64,000 nt of DNA from the human T2T-CHM13v2.0 reference genome, Homo sapiens. The DNA is taken from NCBI RefSeq assembly GCF_009914755.1, contig NC_060929.1. The stretch is one strand, 5' to 3'. Shown in pieces: positions 13,982-28,907 of the stretch. Made by a program: the position numbers and the translations under genes. The notes beneath the pieces are model-generated. The model did not search any database. It had not been told where the DNA came from and saw only the letters and a list, made by a program, of their open reading frames with translations. Within the stretch, counting starts at the first letter, position 1. Each line of letters begins with the position of its first letter.

Positions 13982-13992
13982 AATAAAATAAA
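13982..13992 (+). terminator. Candidate polyadenylation signal (overlapping AATAAA pair)
   Basis: AATAAAATAAA about 390 nt after the candidate stop codon. Confidence 0.45.
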
Positions 13993-14869
13993 ACTTGCTT
14001 TAATTTGAATATTAAGTAATTTCATTTAATTCAGAGAACACTGTTTCCAGCAATAGAAAGTGAAACTTTTATTTAGTACTGCTTTGATGAAGTTGTATCA
14101 ACACTTATAAGTTAATCACAATCTAATTTTAGGTCATCTTATATTCTCAAATAAGTAGTTTTTGTATCAATCCTGCTGTAAATTAAAACGAGTGAAGGAA
14201 CAAAGAGTGAAACGAATTAGCCTTCTGGTCAAGGAAAGGAACAAGTCAACAGACCCACTTACTTTGATTGATCAATGTTTTATTTTGCTTCAGGGTTTCA
14301 AACCAAGTGATTGGATTTATATAACATAGTACTTTCATTTGTATTAAGAGCAGCTGGGAGCACATACAATTTTTTACATGAACTCTTCTCCAAAAATTTT
14401 TTTTTAATTACTAATTAAAACTAATACTCAGAGTAAGTTGCAGAAAGCTGTTAAGAATTCATTAACTCCTGTATTCTAAGTAGGATCTGCTTACGAGCTG
14501 TAAAACAAAAACAAAAACAAAAAACAAAACAGAACAAAAAAAAACAGGGTTTAACCTGCAAAAATTGCCTGAGGCATATCAAATTTATAAGAGTGATAGT
14601 AAGTAGTCAGAGGAAGTTTGCTTAGTCAATTTATATTTGGATTTGGAAAAGATAAAACATTATTTTCTATCATCGTATGATAATTTTACTATTTAAAAAT
14701 AGAATTCAATTTATTGTGAATTCTATTTTATTTATGTTGTTCAGAATAACATTTATTGTGAAAGGCTTAGAGGTGAACTTGATCACAGATATCTGCAAAA
14801 ACAAACAAACACTCAGGTTACAGAATGTGGCAAAAGACTGAATATAATACAAGGTGAGAATTATTCCCA

Positions 14870-15587
14870 ACACAGCTGCTAGAGTGGTCTTTTGAAAAGA
14901 TGAGTCAGATCCTGGCACTTCTTAGTTCAAAACCCTGCTAGGCATGGCTCCTCCTCACACAGAGTCAAAGCCAAACTCCTCAAAGGGAACTTCAAGGCCT
15001 CATGTGATCTGTGCCCCTCCTGTGATCTGTGCCCCTCCTGTGATCTCTGCCCCTCCTGTGATCTCTGCCCCTCCTGTGATCTGTGCCCCTGTAGCCTCTC
15101 CGCAGCTACAGCAACCCCACTTCCCTCTCGCCCCACTCCTTACCTCTCCTCCTCCCTCAATCCCCATCAGATACAGGGTCTCCCTGCTATATGAATGTAC
15201 CAGGCACACTCCCACCTGAAAATCTTCATATCAGCAACTTCTTCTGCCAGAATTATCTTCACAAAGCTAATCCCCCACTCTCTTTATGACTTTATTCATG
15301 TCATCTTCTCAAGGATCATCCTAACCACCACAAGTTGCAACCTGCCCTGCCCTTATGCATTCTTAACCCCTATTCTCTGTTTGACTTTTTCCTTTTTACT
15401 TTCATGACTTTTATTGCCTTCCAACATGTTATACAATTTACTTCTTTTTCACATTTGTTATTTATTATCTGTCTCCCCTCATCGGAATGTAAACTTCGTG
15501 AGAACCGAGGCCTTTGTCCCCAAACACCTGCAAGAGTACTCCATATGTAGTAGTAGGCATTCAGGGCATATTCGTTGAATGAATGAA
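14870..15587 (+). mobile_element. L2 LINE 3' fragment
   Basis: Ends GTAGGCATTCAGGGCATATTCGTTGAATGAATGAA. Confidence 0.75.
15003..15090. repeat. 18-bp tandem repeat x5 (TGTGATCT(G/C)TGCCCCTCC) inside L2
   Basis: Directly visible. Confidence 0.95.
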
Positions 15588-15769
15588 ATAATACATCTAT
15601 AATTTTTCTCAAGTTAGAAAATGAAGTCTGTGGGAGAACACAGCCTGAATCAGGATTAAAAGCCAGGAAGAACTAGAGAGGATAAAGAACCCAAGGGAAA
15701 TGAGGAAAGACAAAGCAATTCTCAAATGAGAAAATGAGAAAGTTTAGGGACTCTAGTTAGCCCAAACTG

Positions 15770-16069
15770 TTTTTGTTTGTTTGTTTGTTTGTTTGTTTTG
15801 AGATGGAGTCTTGCTCTGTCACCCAAGCTGGAGTGCAGTGGCTCACTGCAACCTCCACCTCCCAGGTTCAAGTCATTCTCCTGCCTCAGCCCCCTGAGTA
15901 GCTGGGATTACAGGCACCCACTACCATGTCCAGCTAATTTTTATATTTTTGGTAGAGATGGGGTTTCACCATGTTGGCCAGGCTGGTCTCAAACTCCTGA
16001 CCTCAGGTGATCCACTCGCTTTGGCTTCCCAAAGTGGTGGGATTACAGGCACGAGCCATCGCACTGGCC
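15770..16069 (-). mobile_element. AluS with (TTTG)n tail and a short internal deletion
   Basis: Reverse-complement Alu; flanking repeat CAAACTG. Confidence 0.93.
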
Positions 16070-17488
16070 CAAACTGGTCTTCTTCTGTATTTATTTTAAT
16101 TTATTCTGTACATTCCATAGTAACCTATTTGATATCAGAAAGTCTGTAGTAACATTTTTGACTCCAGGAAGCATTTTCCATGATAGTGCTGAAGATGGTT
16201 TCTTAGTAAGAGAAGACTAAAAGGAAAGTGAGGCTGTATCATCTGGCTGCAAACCAGCAGTCCTAATGGCAAGATGCCCTGGAGCCAATGAACCATTGTG
16301 AATCTGTAGTATTTTCCTCAATAACACAGCTCTAGGGATTTCGTTAACCAGTAAAAACAATTTTCTTTGCATCCAAATTGGCATGTTATCCATCAATGGG
16401 ATTTCTGTGTGAAGCTTGAAGATACTCTTTATCATTTTATTTCTCTAATTAGAATTGCTGCTTAATCAAAAAAATGACTTTAACTTTAAAATTAGGATAA
16501 ATTTAGAGGATGAGTTCTATAATATGCTTTCAATATGAAAATTACTCATTTTCTGAATATCAGTGAAGTTACAATTTCCTTTTTAGATATACTTAATAAA
16601 AATGAACTAAGGTCCCTAGAAATCTCATGAATCGAGTAGGCAGGCAATACGAGAGAGAAAAGACTAATGGACAGGCAAGATTCTAATACTGGTGACAATA
16701 ATGCAGGTATTCTGCTGTTTTGACAAATTACAGCTTTCTTCCTCAAAATTCCATTCTCTTTCTCTCGTCTCATCATTGCCTGCCTATAAATTTATTTGTA
16801 CAAATAAATTTGTATAAATGTCTTGGCAATACATTAATTTATTAATTATACTCAGAAGTAACTCTAGGCAAAGAGGTATGTCAGGGAAGTTTCATTGCAT
16901 ACGGATTCCAGAACTTTCTAGCATTTGGACCTGTGATTGTATCACTACCTAGGGCAGAATTTTACCAGCCAGAGATGTACTGCCATCAGCTCTTGCTCTC
17001 AACTGATTTTTATAAAAAATAAAATTTATGGCTTGAATATGTTTCAAATGATGCATATTAATTACAAACTATTCATTTGCAAAGACACTTATATCAGGGA
17101 TTACTCTAAAAACAGGATTTAAATTTACCATATTTTTCTAATAATTCTAATATTGAGAGAAGGCAGACAATGTAAATTTCCTACTCCTATTTTAGATAAT
17201 ACCAAGTGACATTTTCAAATAACCTGCAAACAATTAAATGATTAATTCAACCCGTGGTTCATTCTTTTCTCTTCGGACTTCATGATTGCTAGTGTGAGAA
17301 CAGATTTATTGATGGAGATTTACACAGCATGATACAAGTACTGAATAAGGTATCAACTAATTTGGAAACATCGTTGATCACATTCAATAAGGTTAAGTAT
17401 TGGCCTGATAGCCAATAATTGGCAATAGACAAGTATTGAGGATTGGTCTAGGGGGGCTTCTAAATGATCTTAATTTTGTGTTGATAAA

Positions 17489-18350
17489 TGTGAAAGGAAA
17501 ATAAAAACTTGGGACCCCAATTCACATGCCACAAAGAAAGAAATTAAGCTGAAACCTGGGTCATGCAAAAAACGGCCTTTTCTTGTGTTCTTAAACAGAT
17601 AGCTACAGATAAAAGGTTAAAGATATCCACTAGTAGCTACTTTATATTCATCTTATCTGATGTAAAGTGCTGATTTACTGAGCACCAGATGAACACATTA
17701 TTGGCTATTCCCCTACCTACTCCTTTTCTCATGCATTATATGGATTACAATATCCTTCCTCTTTTCTCTCCAGCCGAATTTTCCTTTTAAATATTTAAGC
17801 CCTCAAATTCCTCTTTGGAGAAAAGCACAGACCACAGACTGTTTCTGTGATTCCTTGGGATTTTTGTTTGTTGGTTGGTTTTTTTGTTTTTTGTTTGTTT
17901 GTTTGTTTTTTCTTTTTTGAGATAAGGTCTCACTATGTCACCCAGGTTGGAGTGCCATAGTGTGATCTCACCTCACTGTGTGATCTCAGCTCATAGTGTG
18001 ATCTCAGCTCACCTTGGCCTCCCAGACTCAAGCGATCCTCCCACCTCAGCCTCCTGAGTAGCTGGGACCACAGACATGTGCCACCACATCTGGCTAATTT
18101 TTTGTATTTTTGGTAGAGACGGGGTTTCAACATGTTGCTGTATGCAAGTTGGTCTCGAACTCCTGAGCTCAGGCAATCTACCTGCCTCCGCCTCTGCCTC
18201 CCAAAGTGCTGGGATTAAAGACATGAGCCACTGTGCCCAGCCTCGTGTTTGTTTTTTTGTTTGTTTGTTTTTTCCAGGCATGTCCTTAACCTTGGCAAAA
18301 TAAACTTCTAAATTGACTGAGACCTGTCTCAGATACTGTTTCGGTTTACA
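17489..18350 (+). mobile_element. MER4-family ERV1 solo LTR interrupted by an Alu
   Basis: TGTGAAAGGAAAATAAAAACTTGGGACCCC...CTTGGCAAAATAAACTTCTAAATTGACTGAGACCTGTCTCAG...TTTACA; near-TSD TAAA/TAAG. Confidence 0.85.
17862..18243 (-). mobile_element. AluJ-like element with an internal 18-bp triplication
   Basis: CTCAAGCGATCCTCCCACCTCAGCC; GTGTGATCTCA(C/G)CTCA repeated three times. Confidence 0.9.
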
Positions 18351-18394
18351 TAAGAAATAAACAATTAACTATAAAGATAGATTAAAAATATAGT

Positions 18395-18458
18395 AAGTAC
18401 TATATATATATAGTAATTATATATATATCCTATTGTGGTTTTATATATATCCTAATTT

Positions 18459-18497
<39 letters not shown>

Positions 18498-18539
18498 CTC
18501 CTATTAGTTCTGTCCCTCTAGGGAACCCGGACTAATACA
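18395..18539 (+). mobile_element. MLT2 LTR 3' remnant with (TA)n/(CA)n
   Basis: CCTATTAGTTCTGTCCCTCTAGGGAACCCGGACTAATACA. Confidence 0.85.
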
Positions 18540-18715
18540 GGGACTATCAGATGATTGGCACCTACAACAATACAGCTTGTATCCCATCATCAATTACTTT
18601 TATTCCCTTAGTTTCTGGCATCCTTTACATGAGACTGTCAGGCTTCCATTTAACAAGATGTGGAACAAACCCAGGGGTCTGGCAGGGACATTACTCTAAT
18701 GTGGAAAGTTGAGGG

Positions 18716-19055
18716 TTTTTTCTTTTCTTTTCTTTTTGTTTTTTGTTTTTTTGTTTTTGAGACGGAGTCTCACTCTGTCCCTCAGGCCAGAGTGCAGTGG
18801 CGCGATTCGGCTCACTGCAAGCTCCGCCTCCCGGGTTCACGCTATTATCCTGCCTCAGCCTCCCAAGTAGCTGGGACCATAGGCGCCTGCCACCACACCT
18901 GACTTTTTTTTTTTTTTTTTTTTTTTTTTGTATTTTTAGTAGAGACGGGGTTTCACCGTGTTAGCCAGGATGGTCTCGATGTCCTGACCTCGTGATCCGC
19001 CCGCCTCAGCCTCCCAAAGTGCTGGGATTACAGGCGTGAGCCACCGCGCCCGGCC
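18716..19055 (-). mobile_element. AluY with an expanded middle A-tract
   Basis: GCAAGCTCCGCCTCCCGGGTTCACG and CACCGTGTTAGCCAGGATGG. Confidence 0.95.
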
Positions 19056-20109
19056 AAGTTTTTTCACCACGCCCGGCCAAGTTGTTTTTTTTTTTTCCAA
19101 CTCCTTAAACAAACGATTTCTGAATTGTGCGAACACGTGAATGCTTTATCTTCAATGCTTTGTCATGTTATGATTCAGAATTATGTATTGTACACACAAT
19201 TCTAGGCATATAAATAGTAACTAAAGCATATATCTTTTATTTATTCATTCAATAAAAAATTATTGAAAGTTTATGATGATATAGGCACCTTGTGCTTAGT
19301 ATAAAATGGGGATCAAGCTATAGAAACTCTGCCATCAGAGAATTGTGTAGTTAATGGGAGAGACAATATTTGAATAGTATACAAATAAATCTTAAACTTC
19401 AGCTGTGAAAACTGATAAAATAGATACTTGGAGAACTAAGAGAACATGTAGCTGTCGGTTAAGCTATGTTGATATATTCAGTCACTAGAACAAGAAGCAT
19501 CCACATATTTGGGACTGAAAGATTATTTAACCTGTAGCCCAGGCAGATGTTGGTTTCACTATTTAGCCTTTTTTCTTTCTTGTGCTAAATAATTCCACAC
19601 CAAGAACAACGTGTATTTATTTATTCTTCCTAGTTTCAGGCCCTGACCTCATAAGGCACAACTACAATTAAAGTTAAAATATTGGAACAGTGCCTTTGCT
19701 TGGAATTTGCAGTCACAACATTTGTCCAACATCGTTCAATACATGGCGGAAGGAAACGCCATAGAAACTGCAGCATTGAAAAAAACTTGAGAGAAGAATT
19801 GCACGATGATATTTATTCTTGAAAAATACTTGTGAAAGGAAAGGTTTATGTTTCCACGGCAACAAACTTTGTTGAGTACACTGAGCTCTGTTAAAAATAA
19901 AGAAAAGGAGAGAAATAGAAGTGAAGGACAGAGTATGGTCTAATGTGGCAAAATAAGGAATTCTGAAGTCAAGAACATTGCAGGAGGAATAAAAAAAAAT
20001 CCCCAGTTGATCATGGGTTCTGGTTTTCTTTAAATTTTAATTAATTAATTAATTTTAAACCTCATTTTATTGTGGCAAGAACTTAACAAAAGATCTATCC
20101 TCTCAACAA

Positions 20110-20714
20110 TTTTTTGGGGGTAGGGTGGGCATTCACTCATTTTTAGTTTTTTTTAATAAATATATTTTTCTTTCAATAGCTTTTGGGATACACGTGGTTT
20201 TTGGTGACATGGATGAATTATTTAGTGAAGTCTGAGATTTTACTGAACCCATCACCCGAGTACTGTACATTGTACACAATACGTAGGATTTTTAAAAATC
20301 ACACCCCACCCTTTCCTCCTTCCCTGAGTCTCCAATTTCCATTATACCACTCTGTATGCCTTTGTGTACCCATAGTTTAGCTCCCACTTATAAGTGAGAA
20401 CACATGGCATTTGGTTTATCATCCCCAAGTTACTTCACTTAGAATAATGGCCCCCAGCTCCATCTAAGTCACTGCAAAAGACATTATTTCACTCTTGTTA
20501 TGGCTGAGTAGTATTCCATGATATATATGTACAACATTTTCTTTATCTACTCCTTGGGTGATGGGCACTTAGATTGGTTCCATAGCTTTGGGACCAAAAA
20601 TTATGCTGTGATACACATACGTATGCAGGTGTCTTTTTGATATAATGACTACTTCTTTTGGGTACTCAGTAATGGGATTCTGGATCAAATAGTTGATCTA
20701 GTTTTAGTTCTTTG
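20110..20714 (-). mobile_element. 5'-truncated L1PB-like insertion nested in the older L1
   Basis: TTTCAATAGCTTTTGGGATACACGTGG 3' end; TSD CCTCTCAACAA at 20099-20109 and 20715-20725. Confidence 0.88.
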
Positions 20715-21984
20715 CCTCTCAACAAAGTTTAAGTGTATAACACATTATTAACTGTAGGCACAGTGTTGTACAACATATCTCTAAAACTTATTCATCTTGT
20801 ACAATTGAAACCTTATGACCATTGATCAGTAACTCCATATTTCCCCATCCTTCAGTCTATTCTGATTTTATGTGGTTCACTATCTAAATTACCTCATATA
20901 AGTGACATAGTGCAGTATTTGTCCACCAATAGCTGGCTTATTATGCTGAGCATAATGACTTCAAGGTTCATCTACACTGTTACATATTGAAGGAATTCCT
21001 TATCTTTTTAAGGCTGAATAATACTCCACTGTATGTATGTACCATATTTTCTTTATCCATTCATCCATGAATAGACATTTAGATTGTTTCCACATCTTGG
21101 ATATTGTGAATAGTGCTACAATGACCATTGGAATGGTAATATCACTTAAACATACTGATTTTAATTATTTTGATAAATATCCAGAAGTGGGATTGCTGGA
21201 CCACGTAATAATTTTATTTTGAATTTTTGAGGAATCTTTGAATTGTTTTTCATAGCAACTGCATCTTTTTGCTTTATGACCAAGAGTGTACAGGAGTTCC
21301 AATTTCTTCACATTTTTGCCAACATTTATCATCTTTTTTAAAAAACCATCCTACCAGGTGTGAAGCGATCTCATTGTGATTTTGATTTGCATTTACCTGA
21401 TCATTTAAGCAGCCATTTTAAAAATTGGATTGTTATTCTTGTTGCTTTTGTTTTTCCTTATATATTTTGGAAATTAACACCTTATCTAATACCTAGCTTA
21501 CAGATATTTTCTTCCATTCTGTAGGTTGCCTTTTCACTCTGTTCATTGTTTCTTTGGCTATACAGAATCTTTTAGTTTATATCTTTTTAATTTTATACGA
21601 GTTTAACTTGTCTACTTTGCTTCTGTTGCCTGTGTTTTTGGTGTCATATCCATGAAATAACTGCCAAGACCAATGTCATATAGCTTCTTCTTTATTTATT
21701 TCTAGGAGTTTTAAAGTTTTGAGTCTTACATTTTTAATTAATTTTGAGGGTTTTTTTATGGTGTATGATGTGGGTCCAATTTCACTATCTTCTATGTGGA
21801 TAACCAACACCATTTTGGAAGAGACTATCCTTTCTTTATTGCATATTCTTGGAACCTAAGTTGAAGATCAATTGACTATACATGCAATCAATTTCTGGAC
21901 TTTGTGTTCTGTTTCATTTTTCCACGTGTCTATATTTATGACATTATCATACTGTTTTAATTACTATTGCTTTGTACTACATTT

Positions 21985-22122
21985 TGTCTTTTTTTTATTC
22001 CTTTTTGTGGAGAATGGGTCTTGCTATATTGCCCAGGCAGGTATCAAACACCTGGGCTCAAGCTATCATCTCGCCTCTGCCTCCTTAAGAGCTGAGATTA
22101 CAGACGTGGGCCACGTGCCAGC
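21985..22122 (-). mobile_element. FLAM/FAM Alu monomer
   Basis: Single Alu arm; flanking repeats TACTACATTTTG / TACTATATTTTG. Confidence 0.8.
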
Positions 22123-24551
22123 AATTTCTACTATATTTTGAAATCAGGAAGTCTGATGCTTCCAGTTTTGTTTTTCATTATCAAGGTTGTTTTGAATATT
22201 TAGGGTTTTTTGATTTCACATAAATTTTAGGATTGTCCATTTTTTAAATGTCATTGGGGTTTTGATAAGAATTACATTTTATCTGTAAATTGCTATGTGT
22301 AATGTGAACACTTTAACAATATTAAGTCTTCCAATCTATGAACACTGATTTCTTTCTGTTTGCATGTGTAGTCTTCAATTTCATTCATCAATGTTTTGTG
22401 GTTTCTGTGTACAAGTGCTTTGCCTCCATTTAGATTTTTGCTAAGTATTTTATTCATTTTGATGGTATGGTAAGTGGAATTGTATTCTTAATTTTTGAAG
22501 AAGTTAGTTTGTTCTTAGTTTATAGAAAAGCAACTAATTGTGTGTGCTCATTTCGTATCTTGCAAATATTCTGGATTATTAGTTCTAACAACTTTTTATG
22601 GAGGTTTTAGAATTTTCTACATCATGTCATCTGTGAATAGCAATTATTTTACTCCTTGTTTTTTTTGGATGTCTCTTTTTTTTTTTCTTGACTAATTGCT
22701 CTGTCTAGAATTTCTGGTAGTATCCTTGCCTTCTGATCTTAGAGGAAAAGCTTACAGTTTTTCACCACTTATTATGAGGTTAGATGTGGGCTTGTCATAT
22801 ACGGCCTACATTATGTGGAGGTACATTCCATCTATAAATAGTTTGCAGAGTGTCTTTTTAATCATACAAGGGTGTTCATTTTTGTCAAATGGTTTTCTGT
22901 ATCAGTTGAAATGATCATGTGATTTTTTTTCTTTCAATCTGTTAATGTGGTACGTCACATTAATTGATTTGCACGAGTTAAACCATACTTGCATCCCAGG
23001 GAGAATTCCCACTTGATCATGGTGTATGGTTCTTTTAAAGTGCTGTTGAATTCAGTTTGCTAATATTCTGTTGAGGATTTCCCTATCTATATTCATTAGA
23101 GATATTGGCCTGAAGTTTTGTTTTCTTGAGGTACGTTTTTCTCACTTTAGTATCAGGGTAATGCAGGCCTGATGAAATGACATCGGTAGTATTCCTTCTA
23201 TTTCTGTTTTTTGAAAGACTTGGAGAAGGATTGGAATTATTTCTTCTTTAAATGCTGATAAATTGACCAGTGAAGCTATCTGGTTCTGGGCTTTTTTTTT
23301 GTTGGGAAATTTTTGATTACCAATTCAATCCCCTCTGATTGAATATAGATTGATTCAGACTTTTTATTTCTTTATGATTCAGCCTAAGTAGGTTGCCTGT
23401 TTCTAAAAATTTATTCACTTCTAGGTTACCCAGTTGGCGGACATAAAATTATTTATAGTAGCCTCTTATGATCCTTTTTATTTCTGAGGCATCTGTGGTA
23501 ATGTCTCCGTTTTCACTTCTAATTTTATTTACTTGAATCTTCTCTCTTATTTTCTCGGCTAATTAATGGCTTTTAAATTTTGTTTATCTTTAACAAAAAC
23601 CAACTCTTAGTGTCATTGATTTTTCTATTGTTTCTCTAGTCTCATTTGTCTGTTTCTTCTCTAGTCTTTATTATTTTCTCTCATGTGCTAATTTTGGCCT
23701 TAGTTTTTGCTGCACTTTTTAGTTCCTCGAGGCATAAAATTAGATTTTTTATTTGAAATCATTCTTTGGTTTTAAATATATGCATATATCATATATATTA
23801 ATACTGTGCTTGTATCATTCTTGGTACTATTACTGCTACAACCCATAAGTTTTGGCAAGTTGTATTTTCATTTTCATTTATCTCAAGATATTTTCTAATT
23901 TCCCTTTGATTTCCTCTTTGACCCCATGGCTGTTCAAAAGTGTGATGTTTAGTTTTTACATATTTGTGAATTTCTCAGTTTTCCTTCTGCCGTTGATGTC
24001 TAGTTTCAGTCAATTATGGGCAGAAAAGAAACTTGGTATGATTTCATTCTTTTAAAATTCCCTAAGAATTTTCTGTGAGCTTAAATGTGATCTCTGCTAC
24101 AAACTGTTCCATGTGTGCTTTAAAAGAATGTATATTCTGGGTGGAATGTTCTGTATGGGTTTGTTAGGTCCATTTATTTTTAGGGTTGTTAATGTTTGCT
24201 ATTAATCTGTTAACTTTCTGTCTGGCTGTTCTACCCATTATTGAAAGTGGGGTATTAAAATCTCTCTTACTATTATTTTATTGCTGTATATTTCTACCTG
24301 CAGTTCTGTCAATGTTTTCTTTACATATTTAGGTGCTCTGATGATGGGTGATATCTATTTATTATTATGTCTTCCTGTCAAATTTTTTCTTTTATTACTA
24401 TATAATATTTCCCTTTGTGTATTGTGACAGTTTTGATTGAAAATCTGTTTTGTGTGATATAAGTATAGCCATTCTGCTCCTTTATGCTGTTGTTGTTCTC
24501 ATTTCATGGGATATCTTCTCCATCCTTTAACAACCAGAGTGTGTGTCTTAA

Positions 24552-24897
<346 letters not shown>

Positions 24898-27390
24898 TGA
24901 ATCTTGTTTTTTAATGAATTCATCCACTTTATTTGATTGAGGAGACTTCATGAACATTTAAAATAATTATTAATAAAAATTTACCATTGCTACTTCAGTG
25001 TTTTTGTATATCTTGTAGTTGTTTTGTCACTCTCTCTCTCGTTTTCTTCCTTCGTGCTTTGCTGATTTTTTGTACTGATGTATTTTGATTCCTTTCTCTT
25101 TCTATTAGTGTATATTCTATATTTTCTTTGTGATTACCATAGGGCTTATAGAAAATATCTTACAGTTATAACAGTCTATTTTAAGGTTATAGCATCTTAA
25201 ATTCAATTGCATACAAAAACCCTACACTGTTACTCTCCCTCATGACACCTTATGTTATTGATGTCACAATGCACATTTATTTGTATTGTGTATCCATCAA
25301 CATTTTTGATATAGTGTTTTAATACTTTTGTCTTTTAACTTTTATATTAGAATTAAAAGTGATTTACACACCGCTATTACAGTAATATAGTATCCTGTAT
25401 TTGTGTATATATTTAACTTACCACGTTTCTTATTTTCTATGCTATTTTATTGCTCTTTAGTATCTTTTTGTTTTGTCTTTAAAAGAAGTTTCTTTAACAT
25501 TTTTCCCTCCACCCGCCACCACCCTGTCCTCCTGTAACCTTTAACATTTCTTGTAGGGCAGCTCTAGTAGTGATGAACTTTATTAGCTTTTATTTGCCTG
25601 AGAAATCTCTCTTCATTTTTAAGGGAGAGCATTGCTGAGGATAGTATTCTTGTTTGCAGTTTTCTTATTTTGGTTTGATTTCTTTTCTTTCAGCACTCAG
25701 AATGTATCGTTTCACTGCCTTTTGGTCTGCAAGGTTTCTGCTGAACAACTAGCTGATAGTTTTCATGGGGATTCCCTTATATGTGAAAAAAATGATTTTC
25801 TCTTGCTGTTTTCAAAATTCTTTTTGTCTTCAACATTTGACAGTTTGATCATAATCGAGTCCACTATGTACTTATTTGGGTTCTTGTTTGGGATCCTTTA
25901 GGCTTTCTGGATGTCTGTATTCATTTCCTTCCTCAGAATTGGGAAGTTTGGGGTCATTATTTCTTTCAATATGCTGTCTGGTCATTTCTTTCTCTGTTCC
26001 TTCTGCAGTCTTATATGGTTGTATTTGGTAAGCTGAATGTTGTTCATAAGTTCCCTGAATTTCTTTACTCTTTTTTTTTCTTTTATTTCTCCTCTGAATA
26101 ATTTCTAATGACTTGTCTTTAAGTTTGCTAATCTTTTCTTCTGCTTCATCTAGTCTGCTTTTGAATTACTCTAGTGATTTCTTTGTTTATCATAATTTCT
26201 GCTTAGTATTTTTTAAGTTTTCTATTTGTTGAAATTCTAATTTTATTCATGCATTGTCCTCCTGACCTCAGTGACCATCTTTATGATGGTTATTTTTAAT
26301 TCTCTATCTGCTACATCATATATCTCCATTTCACTAAGGTCAATTTCTAGAAATTTATATTTGTTCTTTGTTTGGAACATATTTATTTTGTTTCTTATTT
26401 TGTTTGACTCTCTGTGTTGGTGGCTGGGCATTAGAAAAACCACCCACCTGTCCTAGTGTTCACAAACTGGCTTCACAGAAGACCCTCCCCTATCAGCCTG
26501 GCCAGAGATTCATAGGGGCCCCTCAAACCTTCATGCTAGTCAAGTCTGCTTTCTTTGTTCTTAGTGACCCTGTCTAGAGTGCCAGGTCCACCAGCACTCT
26601 GAGAAAAGCAATACCAAAGTCAATTCCTCAAGAATCCTCCAGAAAAGTTGAGTCACTTGATGTTTTGTCCAATGTATTACCTCTGCCAGGAGAACCTAGA
26701 ATCTGGGAGTTTTCATCCACTTTCTCTGTGATAAGCCAAAAACAGGGGCTATGGTAACCACCAACCCACAGCACTATCACTGCTCTTATGGTCCTGGGCC
26801 ACTAGAGAATACCAGACCTCATCAGTGCTCTTAAGACAGCCTGGACAGAGCTGGACCCACTCCTACCTGGGTAGCTCCTAGAGGAGTTGGAACATTGGAC
26901 ATATGGTATACCTCCTCTCCTCCCCAGCAGGAAGCTTGGATGTGGGGAGATTCATCTCAATCATATAGTACTGTGCCAGTTTAGAAATTACGGAAAGAAG
27001 GTGTCTTGAACTTCCCAGCTATCTTTGATGTGGATGATTTTGCACTCACCTGGGGTATAAGAGCCTCTTAACAGTTTCTTGGTTTCTTATAAAGGGAATC
27101 TGTCCATGAACTGTTGTCAAATCAGTGTGTTTGTGGAGGGAAGGAGGGCCCAGGGCTTCCTATTTCACCATCTTGCGATGTCTCTTTTCTAAATTTGAGA
27201 ACAATTGTTGAAAATACAAATGCCAATTGGAAAAGTATGTTATGTAAATGAGTAAAGCGGGCAGGTGTTAATGAGTAAAAAAGAGTCTTGGGCTCCAACC
27301 AAATGAGACAGCTACTACTTAACTCCAATCTCGTGCAACCAAACCAGAAAGTCTATGCAGAAACATGAATTTCTGTGAGAGATAACCCAA

Positions 27391-28010
27391 CATTAGTTTT
27401 CCCTTGCTGTCATAAATTATCACAAATTTAGGGGTTTAAAATAACACTCCTTTACTATCTCACAGTTCTGTAGGTCAGAAGTCCTGGTACAGCAGGACTG
27501 AGTCCTTTGCTGAGAGTCTTTCAGGTCTGAAATCAAGATATTGGCAAGTTATATTCCTTTTTCGAGGCTCCTAGGATGAATTTTCTTCTAATTTCATTCA
27601 AGTTTTACAAAATTCAATTCCTGTTGGTTGTAGGACTAAGTCCCTATTTTCTCTCTGGGGATAGTCTTTGCTACTCAAAGTTACCTTCAATCCTTCCCAT
27701 GCTTTGCATATGACCTCCCTTGGGCAATGGTACTTTCAATCTCTCTTTAATGCTTTGGATAACTCAGACCTTCCCTGATACCACATCTGTGTGCCTTCAA
27801 GGTAAGTAAAATTTTTTATTTTTAAATGTTAATGTGATTAGATTGGGCCCACTTCAACTGGGAGATCTAGGACAATCTCCTTATTTTAAGATCTGGTCTG
27901 TACACTTAACTTTGTGAATAAAGTCCCATTTGCTACACAATGTAGCATATTCATGGGTTCTTGGCTTAGGGCATGGACATCTTTGGAGTGTCACTGTTGT
28001 GCCTCGCATA
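27391..28010 (-). mobile_element. MLT1 (MLT1E-like) MaLR LTR
   Basis: AATTATCACAAATTTAGGGG...CTCACAGTTCTGTAGGTCAGAAGTCC...GATTAGATTGGGCCCAC...GGACATCTTTGG. Confidence 0.85.
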
Positions 28011-28227
28011 ATCCCAAATTCAAAATATAAACAAATAATTATTAACACTACTTAGGCCAGAAGAAAAACATATCTGTGGTCTATATCCTGACTTAGGAAC
28101 AAAATTTGGATCTCTAATTTAGGAGATAAATGTAACCAACAAGATCAATATTGTACTGTATCTTTTAAAGTAGAATGTTATTAAATTAACTGACATTAAG
28201 ATAAACATATTATTAGGAAGAAAATTG

Positions 28228-28907
<680 letters not shown>

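Noticed and set aside
14927-15219. Repetitive ORFs (PPVICA / QEGHRS repeats)
   Set aside because: They come from the 18-bp tandem repeat inside L2.
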